From the NCBI RefSeq assembly GCF_001194135.2, contig NC_068986.1:52971612-53023810 (forward strand): a stretch of 52,199 bases of DNA. The letters are read 5' to 3'. Below the pieces are notes generated by a model. It did no database searches and was not told the DNA's origin. It saw only the letters and a program-made list of their open reading frames with translations. The DNA comes from Octopus bimaculoides. Taxonomy: Eukaryota. Made by a program: the position numbers and the translations under genes. This document shows, in pieces, positions 21,991-35,959 of the stretch (the stretch's first letter is position 1; each line of letters begins with the position of its first letter).

Positions 21991-22739
21991 ACTGATGATG
22001 CTTAGAAAGGGCTATATTTCATTCAAAATCACTGTTCCTTAGGAGAAATGCAAGCGTTTTACGAAAAGTCTCATTTGGCATACTCTTAATGATGCAATTT
22101 ACTTAAACATGTTTTTGCATCTAGATGTCTTTTTGTTAATTGAATTTTAATTATTACTTTTATTCTTTCTCGATTTTTAAATTTATTTTTCATGTTGGAT
22201 CCCCTCCTGCCTCATTCTACTGAGTAAAAAGAAGACCTTTATCGAATAGTTGTATATAATAGTAAATTTGCTTCACATTTTAATATGTACCTTTATTAGA
22301 ACCAAGCCCTGTTTCCCCCCAGTAGAATCACAGTTACTTAATAGAATAAGATCAGTCAATGTGTTCATATTTGGGCAGTTTATTTCCAGGTACATAATAC
22401 GCTGCAGTTCGCGCTAATATTTGTTTATTTTCTCATAGGGCTGCTTGCATGTAACTTGGTAAAGGGATTGCGTTTATTCATATTCCACTATGTTGTTATG
22501 TTTTCTTCTATTTTCTTTGTTGTTTCTACGAGGTTCTCAACTTTATTAACTCTGGTTGATCTCATATTCCATTTGTCATTAAGTGTGAGGTTGAGAGCAT
22601 GCTTTTATGTTTCTGTTTTGAATAGTTCCACGAATGACTTCTATGATCTTATTATCATTTTGAAGTTTAGTTCTTTTCGTCCTTGTGTCTTTTTCTGCTT
22701 TGATCTAGTGCCTTGCTTGTTAATAGTATTGTGGCCTTT

Positions 22740-23599
<860 letters not shown>

Positions 23600-24575
23600 G
23601 CTCTCTCGCTCTTTCACACACATACACACAACACAGACAAGCATACATTTTCTCATCCGCTTGACGTACAAAGGATAAACTCAAAGCAGAACACAAAAAA
23701 TACCAAAGAACAAACATGAGAGAAACAGGAGCCCATGGTCAATAACCTGCAAGACTGGACAGAGAAATAGTTAACCGCCATGAAAGACCACAAAGGCGTA
23801 AAAGCTTTGTACTAAAGGTAGTAACGCTAGATTTCAATTTAGTAATGCCTGCAGAGCATGAAAAAAAAAAAAGAAAATCGAAAACTTAAACAAGTGGCTG
23901 ACATGAACACAAAACTAACCAATCAAAATGAACAATTAGCCAAGACTATTCTTGGTCGCTGTCCAGCTCGTGCAAGCGTTGAATATGTCCCTTGAAATGG
24001 TTGTATTAGTACTATATCCACTAGGTTATGCACAGACACGTTTAAAAAGGGATGTAAGTGGTAAAAGTAGCTATGTGAGAATGATAGGGCAATTAAAATG
24101 TCTAGGGTATGGTTGGGCACATTGACAAGGAATCAAATATATATCAATGAATGACAGAAAGGAGTATACCTGTCCTCGGTTATGTATGCTTGGTTCCAAA
24201 AAGCACCGTGTTAAATGAATTACTGATATATGAATAATAAGGGCTCATATGTAAATTCATATAAATAATACGCAGTGTTAGTACACGGTAATGGAAACAC
24301 GAACGATAAGCCGTACATTGTGGCTCGCTGAGCAATGTGGATGGTCACTGGGCACTTTTGCAGTCCAAGAAGAATTTCTGATTGATCGCTGATCCGTGTT
24401 ATCACAAATCAAATCGTAACAAGCGTAACACGGTTCACGATTGGGTATACCGTGTTGTACCAGAATAGTGATGAATGAATCAATGATTAACAAGTATGAC
24501 TGCATAGGCTATGATATATGGCAGCCATTTTGATCTCTTGTGACCTGAAACAATTGCAGGCAGGAATTCTAAACG

Positions 24576-24780
24576 CTATCAAAGCACAAGGATCTTGAAA
24601 TAGAAATAATCAACATATGGTGCCTAAAAGCAAAAGCAGAACTATTCAATACTTGGTTTGATAAAAAAATATATTTGATGAAAGACATGAAGGCCATGCC
24701 AGAGTTAATAACTTTGCGCATAATACAAAATATAGCACTTAATGCGTGGAAGAAACATTATCTATTCAAAAATACGCAAA
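24576..24780 (+). mobile_element. R4/Dong-like RLE C-terminal fragment
   Basis: LSKHKDLEIEIINIWCLK...MPELITLRIIQNIAL resembles the RLE tail LSKYKDLEIEI..MW.LK...IQKI.L. Confidence 0.6.
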
Positions 24781-25324
24781 TATTGTTAAATTCACTTAAC
24801 TATACATTACGTGGTACCAAATTTTTCGTCGCACTAACTACAACCTGGTCACGTACCTGAAATGCTTTAGTAAAGTTAACAGACTGTGTGTGCTTCGAAT
24901 GGCTAATATGTATTTTCCACGCTAATTCCTTGTGTTTCAATACATGGCTTCAGATCAAATCACTTGCCTGACAAGAACATCAAAATATAACCTTACTAAT
25001 TTTACAGTCTAAATACTACGAAAGACGGATTTAATTCAGCAGCCCAAATCACGTAGCATACATTCTATACAATCCCAATAGAGAAATATAACTCTAACAG
25101 AACATTTTCTATACAATTATTTCTGCATATTATAAAGGCTTCCTAGGGAAAAGATATATCGCAATGATATAATCAACTGCAAACACTGTGAATTATATGT
25201 AGCACAAATAACTTCTCGGAACAGCGAAAGATAATTAAAGCACACACCACAGGAATACAAAGGTGTAACTGGTGACGCTGTGAAAACTTTGTTTGCATGA
25301 AACTGTAGGAAGAAGCAACTGCGG

Positions 25325-25550
25325 TAGCAGCAGCAGCAGAAGAAGGAGGAGGAGGAGGAGGAGGAGAAGAAGAAGAAGAAGAAGAAGAAGAAGAAGAAGA
25401 AGAGAAGAAGAAGAAGAAGAAGAAGAAGAAGAAGAAGAAGAAGAAGAAAGAAGGAAACAAACAAACAAACAAACAAACAAACAAACAAACAAACAAACAA
25501 ACAAACAAAAGAAAGGAAGAAACGAAAGAAAGAAAGAAACGAAAGAAAGG
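25325..25550. repeat. Compound microsatellite (GCA)(GGA)(GAA)(AAAC)(AAAG)
   Basis: Directly visible. It is the source of the poly-R/E/L/S pseudo-ORFs. Confidence 0.95.
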
Positions 25551-25794
25551 GTAACGACCTTAAATAATTGAGCCCTCAAAGCACTATTAAAAGCCATCAA
25601 ACCGATGCCACCAAACACGAAACAAAAGATGTTGCAGTGAGAAAGAAAGGGATAAAGCACGCAAATGATAATGAAAATCACACACAAGTCTCCATGGAAC
25701 CATTCAATCAAAGATGCACCACAACAAAAAATATTAATTCCACATGTAATAATGGTTTTTAAGTAATGAAAATAAACAGATGTTTCGAAAGAAG

Positions 25795-25968
25795 TTGCAT
25801 AGTCGATGCTCCCGATCTCAATATTTGACCGGTACTTCAGTTTGTCCATCCCTGAAGAAGGAAAAGAATGGTTGACCTCTGTCGGATTTGAACACTGAAC
25901 ATAATGAAAAAGAAAAAGTAATGCACCGCATTTGCTGACACTCTAACGAATCTGCCAGCTCGCCGCCA
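25795..25968 (-). mobile_element. SINE family A, degenerate
   Basis: ttgacctctgtcggatttgaac...ctaacgaatctgccagctcgccgcc. Confidence 0.7.
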
Positions 25969-26028
25969 TAACAGCACGTTTAATAATGAGCAAAATAAAA
26001 ATGAACATCACAAATGTTCAACTAATAC

Positions 26029-26245
26029 CTGTTTCAATTTTTTTCACAGGGTCAGCAGGTTTGGAAGAGAGTCTAAGCCGATTAAACCGATCCCAATGTT
26101 CAACTGATACTTATTTTATGGACCTTGAAAGGTAATAGGCAAAGTCGACCCCTGCGGAATTTGAATTCAGAACATGAAAACAGACAAAAGGTTGCTTGGC
26201 ATTTCGCTTGACGTGCTAATGATTCTACCAGCTCGCCGCTATAAC
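26029..26245 (-). mobile_element. SINE family A with 14-bp TSD
   Basis: Family-A body flanked by tgttc(a/g)actaatac at 26015-26028 and 26246-26259. Confidence 0.85.
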
Positions 26246-26299
26246 TGTTCGACTAATACTAGCATTAAGAAGTTACCTTAGAAAAAATACAGAAATATG

Positions 26300-26550
26300 T
26301 ACAGGCATAGCTGTGTCATTAAGAAATACTTGATTTCCAGTTCAGTCACACTGCGCGGCTCCTTAGACAAATGTCTTCTGTTATGGCCCTGGGCTGACTA
26401 ATGACTTGTGAGTGAATTTGATAGATGCAAACTTCCTGGAAGCACATCGTATAAATGCGTGTCTTTGTTCATATATACGTATGCATATGTATGTATATAT
26501 ATTTTTTATTCTTGTACTTGTTTCAGTCATTAGATTGCGGCCATGCTGGG
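26300..26550 (+). mobile_element. SINE family B, degenerate 5' part, followed by an inverted B-type tail fragment
   Basis: cagttcagtcacactgcgcggctccttagacaaatgtcttct...cttgtgagtgaatttgatag, then tcttgtacttgtttcagtcattagattgcggccatgctgg (~26509-26549, minus strand). Confidence 0.6.
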
Positions 26551-26599
26551 ACAATGACATGCAGTATAAGAAGTGTCTAAATGTGTGAGCGCTTCTTCC

Positions 26600-28179
26600 A
26601 CGACAACAAGGTAGCTGAATTAAGTAATAAAAGGTTTTACGAGATCAAAAACAAAACTTGACTCGAGTAGACAGAAATTCAACATCAACAGAAATTCAAG
26701 CATACTGGGACAGAATACAAAACAAAAGCGTTCAAGATAAACAATAAGTACAATGGACAAAAAAGGAAATAGATAAAACAAGCAATGGTTCCAGACGCAT
26801 GACTCGCTATAATCAGCATAGAATTCGTTTTTATTTTCAGAATTGCAAGCCACAGGAAATCTCCTGCGATTGAGAAAGTTCCAATGTCTGGCCGAACACC
26901 AAACCAGTATGTCTGAATTTGTAGCAGCTGCATTCAAGGAATTAGTAAAAAGAGATATAGTCAACATCCAAACAGCTACAAAATAGGAATACACTTTTGA
27001 TTTCCAAAAGGAAAAACATTTGAGACCCTTGAAATATAGTCTATATTTAGTTTCTTATCAAAATACAAATGACTTATATATGTAAATACTTTATATAAGC
27101 TCAGTCGCGTATCTGGTAAACAATAACACTTTACCAGATAAGCAGAAAGGTGACGAAAAGAATAGCCACTCATGAATCAAGTAATTACCAAGTTGGCAAA
27201 ATAGGAAGATTCTTTGCATGGTATGGAGTAATTAATGGAAATTATCTGATAGCAAACAACACACTTGGATATTGGAGATACTCCATATAATTTAAGTAGC
27301 TCCACTACAAACATGTTACATTAATTATTCCCTGTCAGGATAGAAAATATTAATATCACTGCATGGAAAAAGTGATTATCAAACTAGCCCTACAACCATA
27401 TGATAAATATTTGGGGTAACTCCTTATCGTCTCTACTCTTCTGCCTGCCTCTTACTCTATTAAGAAATCTACTGAACTACTAAATAAGACATGAATGAAT
27501 GCACACGCTATCCAAGTTAACAAAATAAATGATTTGAAGTGGTTGAACACGAAAATTATAGAATTACTAACATTTTACGAAGCCATAGATACGAAATATC
27601 TGCCCAGCGCTCAAAGTGAATGAGACCTGAAAGAAATAGGCAACGACTACAGAGTAACAAAGGTGGGACTAGAAATACTTAAAAACAAATAAAAATTGAT
27701 TAGGGTAATAAAGGGACATGAAAATAATCATATTTAAAGATATGGGACAAAATAGTAAAAAAAGATAAAATCCAAATATAATAGAAACCAAATTATAGTA
27801 AAGAAGCAAACTAAAAGAAAAACAAGTTCATAGTTATTCTTCTTTCTGTAAGACTTGACAGAGAGGAAGTAAGAGGGAAAATGAAAAAAGGCTCGAAAGC
27901 TCTGGAATAGGAGCAGAAAGAGGTGTGATTTGATTGATGACTAAATTCAAAGAAAATTTTAATAATTAAAAATAAAGATAATAATGTGCAGAGTACACAA
28001 TCAACACAACGAAATAATTATCCTTCAAAAATCGGCATACATACATGCTTATAGAGAGAGGGAGAGAGATATATATAGCAGAGTAGAGAGGTGAAGACAA
28101 TTACAGAGAGATAATGACGCAAATAAACACGCCTGGGCTTTATATATAAATATACATTCATAAATATATATACATGTAA

Positions 28180-28250
<71 letters not shown>

Positions 28251-28894
28251 TACTTCTAATATAGGATAAAATTTGTTCCAAAAACTTTCATCAAAGTGGG
28301 CAGCATATAAAAATACCTTTANNNNNNNNNNNNNNNNNNNNNNNNNNNNNNNNNNNNNNNNNNNNNNNNNNNNNNNNNNNNNNNNNNNNNNNNNNNNNNN
28401 NNNNNNNNNNNNNNNNNNNNNNNNNNNNNNNNNNNNNNNNNNNNNNNNNNNNNNNNNNNNNNNNNNNNNNNNNNNNNNNNNNNNNNNNNNNNNNNNNNNN
28501 NNNNNNNNNNNNNNNNNNNNNNNNNNNNNNNNNNNNNNNNNNNNNNNNNNNNNNNNNNNNNNNNNNNNNNNNNNNNNNNNNNNNNNNNNNNNNNNNNNNN
28601 NNNNNNNNNNNNNNNNNNNNNNNNNNNNNNNNNNNNNNNNNNNNNNNNNNNNNNNNNNNNNNNNNNNNNNNNNNNNNNNNNNNNNNNNNNNNNNNNNNNN
28701 NNNNNNNNNNNNNNNNNNNNNNNNNNNNNNNNNNNNNNNNNNNNNNNNNNNNNNNNNNNNNNNNNNNNNNNNNNNNNNNNNNNNNNNNNNNNNNNNNNNN
28801 NNNNNNNNNNNNNNNNNNNNNNNNNNNNNNNNNNNNNNNNNNNNNNNNNNNNNNNNNNNNNNNNNNNNNNNNNNNNNNNNNNNNNNNNNNNNNN

Positions 28895-28955
<61 letters not shown>

Positions 28956-29520
28956 ACTATGTCTATATATTGAGAAATAGAGAGGGAGAAGAGAGAGAGA
29001 GAAAGGTGAGATCAAGAGATGCTCAATATAGAAAACATGTTGCAGTGCTCCGATGATTACATATATATATATAAGTATGCGTATACAGACTGATAAGGGT
29101 TGGCAGTTATATTCATGGAACAATATACCGATATTCTGACCTAACGATCAAGCTATTATAATTTGAGATATATCTACCTAGACTGACAAGGATAGCGGGG
29201 TAGAACCATCGAGATATACTTATCAAAGATAGGAACAGTTGTCTCCATACTTTGATGCACACCTCGATCCCTTCTGACCAAAACATCTCCTGGAAAGACA
29301 CCAAGAAGGCGTGTCCAAGGATAAGGACGCTAAAATTGAAACAAATAGGATGTAGACTATGAAAGTGAAAACACTACCAATAATAGATTAATGATGAAGA
29401 AGATCAATGACGAAGAGGGGCATTGATAAAGACATGTAGGGCTTACGAGCCTAAGTAATCCGAACTATAGGTCTCCTAGACATAGCTCACACAACAACAT
29501 ACTGTACAGAATCACTATAC
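26600..29520 (+). mobile_element. Decayed R4/Dong-like RT/RLE LINE, near full length, split by microsatellites and a gap
   Basis: KSPAIEKVP (~26860), NTLPDKQKG (27125-27151), IWGNSLSSLLFCL (IFQGDSLSPLLFCL-like, ~27409), INDLK, VGSYIHGTIY (~29098), SIPSDQNISWK and KIETNRM*TMK. Confidence 0.65.
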
Positions 29521-30089
29521 AGAATCATTAACCAATATAACATAGTTGTGCTATTGGCACCTGATATTATAACACATCCGAAACATCAACATTAATTCAC
29601 GCAGTTCACAGTCTATATAACTGCCATCTCGATAATGTACCACACTGTCAAAAGAATCATTACCCCTCACTATAAAGTATATCACAATTCATGTAACAAA
29701 TACGAAATATAATCACCATCCAACTAAAACGATAAATGAAAATAAAACAATAAAAACTTTAAACATTTACCAGATAAATCATGAAAATACATCAAGTGCA
29801 AAGAAAACAAACAAAAGAAATTACTAATGACAATAAGATAGAAAATCAGCATACACATAATATATCAACCAATAAAAGTCAAACCAGAAATGCACTGACG
29901 AAAATGTCAACACAATGGAACAATACAAAGATATAAGAATACAAACAAATTGTAAATTTTTAATTTTGCACTAATGTAAAGGTGGGAATATTCAAGGAAT
30001 TAATATTTATAAATCTTTCTATAGAATCTCCAGTCTGAAGAAGAAACGACAGGAGAGAATTTATCCATTATAAACAAACTGAAAATAGA

Positions 30090-32300
30090 ATTGCTTATTA
30101 ATGGAACTCATCAATGCAGCGGCCGCACTAGTCGGATAAAATAATTTTTTTTTTAATCATCTCATTTAGGAAAATTTAAACCTATACAGCGAGGAAAACA
30201 ATAGGCAGAGAAGGAGAAGAGGAGAAGAGGAAATTGAGAAAAGAAAGCAAGAGATCTTTCAATCATTAATGAGCTCAAGTTACAAAAGATCTAAAGAAAG
30301 AATGGCAACTTACAATAGAAAAAAACCCGCAATCAAAGGGTTCTTAAGACAAGAAGTCCTTGATCACAGAAAATCCTTCGTTATGAAAAGTGACGCTAAC
30401 GTTTTGAACAAAGCACAGAATTGGTCATCAAGTCAAGATGATGTTACAAAGAACTAGATGAAAACAAAAGAAAATCCAATCCAGACTTAACATCAAGTGA
30501 AATAAATTTTGGATGAGGAATAAGGGTGAGAATATTATAAACATCAAACGCAAGATAACAGTAATCCTGCAAACAAATAACAATCTTAGAAGTAGATCAA
30601 ATATTACATCATATTAAAAAGAAAGAATACAAAGCGCTTTGAAATATATGAGGCTAAAATTTTGGCTGCAAGCTTTTGACAAAACTATGTTTTGTTGAAA
30701 AGATCAGAGATAATAAATGAATGACCGAGGTAAAAACAAAAATCTGTTAAGCAAAAGAAACATCAAATTCCAAAATCAACAAACCCATAATCTTCTGCCT
30801 GTTTGGAATATGAAGCTTTAACACAAAATACCATCGCAAACGTAAATGCCTCCAGCAAAACAGAAAAGACGCTGTAAATGTTCATATGATTGAAAAATAT
30901 TTCCTGGGCGAGCCATAACTATGAGAGAGGAATGTGAGAGAAACAAAGTTCTGATCATATCATAAATTCTTTATTAAGTCCTTTTTTCTTTATAACCCAA
31001 ATGCGAATTCTGAAAATATCTTCATGTATCATTAATACTAAGTGGATGCATAAAACAAGCAATTAGTAGATAAAAGGCCAAAAAACATGGCATTGTAAAA
31101 ATGAAATTAGCAAGAAGAGAAATATTTCAGTGAATTCCCTCTTTCAATACTTTTTCTCTTTAGCGCTAATACCATTAACCAACACTCTGAAGCAGGGACT
31201 GAATATACAAGATAAAATTCGTTTTCTTGGAACTGAAATATTTTGTCGGTTATTTACTAAGAGAAGTGAAATGGTTCATGTCGTACCGGTCTTATTCATT
31301 GCAATCCCTGTTCAACAGAAACTCATTACTCTCTCAACTCATATCGTATTTTTCCACTAGCTGGATTTCTCTTACAAAGATATATGAGGGGGTGCAAAAA
31401 AGTTCCTGGCTTTAGGTAAAAGAAAATACAGAAGGATCAGTTAATTTTGATTTTATTCAACATATTCCCCTCTCAGATTCAGAAACTTATTGCAACAGTC
31501 CTTCAGTAGTGTTTCTAAGCTCTGTAAAAGAACTCGGAATGTTAGGCTTCCAACCAGGCCTTTCGCGATACCCTTAAAGCCAGGAACTTTCAGCGCCTCT
31601 TCGTAGATATACATGCTAAAGAATGACAACCAACCATCTCCAGCAGTATACTACTGGTTATAAACAACAGGAAATCTTACTACAGTAAGTGAATTGCTAT
31701 GAAGCCTAGTTTGGAAAAATATGCCAAAGATACATTCAAGAGAGAAAAATTAATAAAAAAAATAGAAATATTATCTTCAGAAAAATAGATAAGAGAACTA
31801 GACTATAGGTAGTCTTACATATACTTAAGAATTTATGAATTAGACAATATACGTCCTGCACAAATGAACGAAAAGTCTACAAAGGAATGTTATAAACACT
31901 TTAGTTATTTTTCTTCTTTCTCTACATCCGATATAATCTGGTGTTCAGTAAAAAAGTAGCGCCCAGCAAAACCTATATTGCATTAAGCAACAATACTAGA
32001 GATGTGTGAGATGTCTCCATGAGTCTTATTTTAGGTTTTGTTCTCACGCCATGAAACATTTTAAGTGATTTTGAGATATTTTGAAAACTTCTACGCCCTA
32101 ACACAAGAAGAAGCCAACTCAACTACATTGAGTTATTTGTAGAAACATACAACATGGAACTGAGGATTTGCCAATGCTAATAACGAACAAACATTTCTAG
32201 TGCAGCATGTTGAAGAGAATTGTGATTGCAGCTACTCAAAGAAGTTATATGAAACTGAAGTAAGCGCCAAATATGGCATCAGCTATTTATATTTTTGCTT
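30090..32300 (+). mobile_element. Second decayed R4/Dong-like LINE in the same orientation, interrupted by a MITE
   Basis: ELINAAAALV (~30104), YKELDEN, NKPIIFCL (~30779), PPAKQK, NSLFQYFFSLALIPL (31133), LEKYAKDTFKREKL (~31711) and IRELD..SYIYLRI..MNEK. Confidence 0.6.
31385..31603. mobile_element. 219-bp mariner-type MITE
   Basis: TIRs tgagggggtgcaaaaaagttcctggcttta / taaagccaggaacttttcagcgcctcttcg, with TA on both sides (31383-84 and 31604-05). Confidence 0.88.
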
Positions 32301-32515
32301 TTTATAGTAAGTCATGGTTATAACAATTTCAAATGGAAGCTTATATAATTATAATGTCGAGATAGGAAAACAAAAGTTCATATCCTATTGTCTCGACATA
32401 ATGTAATTTGGAGTAGAACTTATCAAGCAAGTGACTCGTAATTTCTACTCTTATGACAAGGCCACGCACGAAAATGACTGCGAAATATGTGCCAAAAACA
32501 TTCGTATCAACAGTA

Positions 32516-33037
32516 AAGTTTAGAAATTTAGAAATACTCTAGACTGTATAAATGGTCAAAAATGAGCATGTACTAACCTCCCTGGAATGTACATTGGAGA
32601 AACTTCTTTTAGTAATAGCGAGCAATTCTGTGAGCATTGAACGTAGTATATTAAAAAGAAACTTCAATTTCTTACTAGCATACGTTAAATAAATATAATG
32701 GTTCAGTGAACCAGCTCAGTAGATATTACATCTACACACCCCTGTAACAATACAGAATCAGATAGCATATGCAAATACGAAAGTCCGAATAGGGGTCATC
32801 AATGTACCATAAACAAGAAATGCTCATTTCTCTTCCCCTACTTAGAACCATCATATTTATCTAACGCATGCTAGTAAGAAATTGAAGTAGGTATCTTTTG
32901 AATTTAGTAGGTCCAATGCTAACAAAATTGTTTGCAATTACTAAGAGAAGTTTCTCCTATGTACATTTTAGGGAGGTTAGCAGATGTTCATTATTGACCG
33001 TTTATACAATCTAGAGTATTTCTAAATTTATAAACTT
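32516..33037. mobile_element. ~520-bp foldback element or MITE with ~190-bp TIRs
   Basis: Arms 32514-32704 and 32845-33039 are imperfect reverse complements (aaagtttagaaatttagaaatactctagactgtataaatggtc / gaccgtttatacaatctagagtatttctaaatttataaacttt), with TA at both outer ends. Confidence 0.85.
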
Positions 33038-33348
33038 TATATACATACACATTTGCATAAAAATGGATTTTTTTTCAGCCGTAAGACGGGTTTTGATTTA
33101 GCTTTGTATAAGTCCTAGTACTTTCCAAAGGGATGACATCGACATTTTCCAAGCGCAAGAATCGTAATGACTGTGAATAAAAAGTTGGCTGATAAAATGG
33201 GTTTATCGTGTTTTTGTCCTTTCCGTTAATTATCGCTCACTCCATTACCATTACTTTTATTGACACATGTTTGTGTATATGTATATATTCATATGTATAC
33301 GTATGTCTGTGTATACAAGAATGAGGGATATGAATGGGACTGTATAGA

Positions 33349-33418
<70 letters not shown>

Positions 33419-33804
33419 ATCAACTATATTCAATGAGAATACAGTATACTCAATTTCGAGTAAGTGCTCTTGGTAGGATTGCGTAGGAAAGCCTTAAAGG
33501 TATTTAGACATTTAATAAGAGCGATTATATATTATAAAGTAAGAGCAGGGAAAATTACATCAAAAAATCCCAGAAGATATATATCTAAAATAATATTGTA
33601 TTAATAGATAAACGTATAATGTATGATTATTTAGAAGGTTTGAGATATCTTACGATAGTTTCATGAATATACTACTCTACGAAATGAAAACCAGAATTGA
33701 TAATCATTACAAGGTAATACATCCACTTGTCAGAGAAAAGGATGAATTTTCGTGTAGTCAATCGTATGATAAGGATGTTGTTTAAGAAAGTTATTGCCAT
33801 ATAT

Positions 33805-34100
33805 GTGCATTGGTACAGGGATTACGGTGTTGGACTCACGATTGCGAGATCATGATTTCAATTTCTGGACCGAATAGTATTTTATGTTTTTGATCAAAAC
33901 ACTTCACCTCACGTTGCTTTGCGATCACTTCCACATTTGATGTGTGGTACACCGTGCACCTGTTCAGGAGGTAACGTCTATTTGAAGGAGGGAGTGAGTT
34001 AATGTACAAAACAAACATTGCAGATTTGTTTATAGTGATCCAGTACAAACATTGGATCTCTATAAACAAATTGTTTGTGTATGATGTTCAGAGAGAAGTC
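33805..34100 (+). mobile_element. SINE family D
   Basis: ggactcacgattgcgagatcatg...aaaacacttcacctcacgttgctttgcgatcacttc...gaaggagggagtgag; aligns with 241-470. Confidence 0.7.
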
Positions 34101-35959
34101 TTTCTCGGACTTCGGGAGACTACCATCATAAATAAACGAAAGGAAAGGGAACATGAAAGCGATTCACGATGACTGAGTGGTGACTGATGTCAGTGTCAAT
34201 CAAACACAACAAACCCACATGACTGTGACTTCAAACAGAAGTAAAAAAACTGAGGTGAATAACAATTGGCCAATAACAGACTTTCAAACAGTTACGTAGA
34301 ATCTTATCAGTAACTTGGGCGTAGTTGTACGATAAATGTTATTCACATTTCATGAAAGAAATTAAAAGCAAATTTAACAGTCTTCGTGTGATTTTAGAAA
34401 ACATACATCAAATGCAGCTGTTCAAAAAATATCGATCAACGAATAAAGAAAACTCCGAAACATGAAAAAGAATCAAAAATTGTTTCGTGTCATCAAAGTG
34501 AGGACCAACATTTGGTTAACATATCTTTTTAATCGACTGTATCTAAAATCACATTCAGCTCAGAAAACGATGGAAAGTGGAAAAAATTTTAAGGCGCAAA
34601 CGAACGGGGAGATGAAAATACAAGTCATTACGCTAATACTATTATCTGGATCTAATTACTTAAAAGAGAAACAGACGCTTCATTGTATTCTATGAACATC
34701 TCAACATCAAATTAGTTAAAATACTTAACAACCATTTATGCAAGCATAAGTGCAAATCTATGACCTAATTTTTCCAAATTCGTATGTATACCTATGCGTT
34801 GTTCTTTAATTTGCCTCAGCTATCGCAGCTAAGGCCGTGTTCGAGTATTAGTTTCCTGCTTGGCTGTGCTCCAGCATGGCCACAGCGTTGAACTGAAACC
34901 GATGAAAAAACATATATATATATTATTGTGTGCATAAAGATGCGTGCGTGTATTTGTGTATATATCTGTGTGCATTGTGTATATGTGTTATATATTAACA
35001 TGTATATGTACGTGCGTGAGAAAGAGAAAACTTGAAAATATTGAAAGAAACTAAGACCAACAATTGAGAGAAGAAAATATTTTCGACACGTCTGTTAAAC
35101 TGACTCTATGTATTTACTTTGCATATTATTCCGCTTTATTCTCTCTCTGATTTCTATTACCATATTCAATCGTTAAATAGACATACATCTAAAAGTTGTG
35201 TCACGTTTTCTAAATAATGTAATGATAAAATAAGGCATGTTTCCCGCCAAAGGCAAAACTGCGAAGATTTAAAATCACAAAAGAATTCCGTATTCATTAT
35301 TTTGGGCTCAATGAATACAACCACAGCACCAGCTGAAACTGTTGTTGTTGTTGTTGCAATGGTGGTGGTGGTGGTGGTGGTCGTCGTCGTCGTCGTTATC
35401 GACATGGTTGCTGCTGTTTAATGTGAGCGCATGCATAAACAGAGCTCCCCATGGAAGTTGGTTTTTCACCATTTTACTAGATGAAAGAAAAATTATTTTG
35501 TCTGCTTCTTTTTCTGTTCTGAATAACAAAAGAGTTTTTGAATATTTGACCTCCATCATATTTTTGCGAGTTGGAAAAAAGTTTTGGGAAAATTTTCTTC
35601 TACTATATATGTTATTACCAAACGACCATCTGCAATACTGTCAGTATTTCAAATTGGCTACATCATTTGTTGCAACAAAAGAATAAATCACAATGGTAGT
35701 ATCAATTCAAACGCTCCCAAATTATTTTCATATACGAAAACAAAGACTAAAAAAGCAGGCAATATGGAAATTAAACTAACACAGTTTCAAACAATATATT
35801 TAAGGCCAAAATTTTCGAAGTAGGGGAAACGTCAATGTAAATAATAAAAACAACGACGACTTAAATAATGACAACAACTTAAATAATAAAAACAACGATG
35901 ACAATAACAGCAACTCTTCTTTTGCTAGTGTTGTGAGTCAAAGGGATACGTTCAACATG

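Noticed and set aside
24278-24505. CYACYDLIC...PHC pattern suggesting a Ly6/three-finger domain
   Set aside because: Cysteine spacing is incomplete, there is no signal peptide or clear splice sites, and the region is better explained by short repeated DNA motifs.
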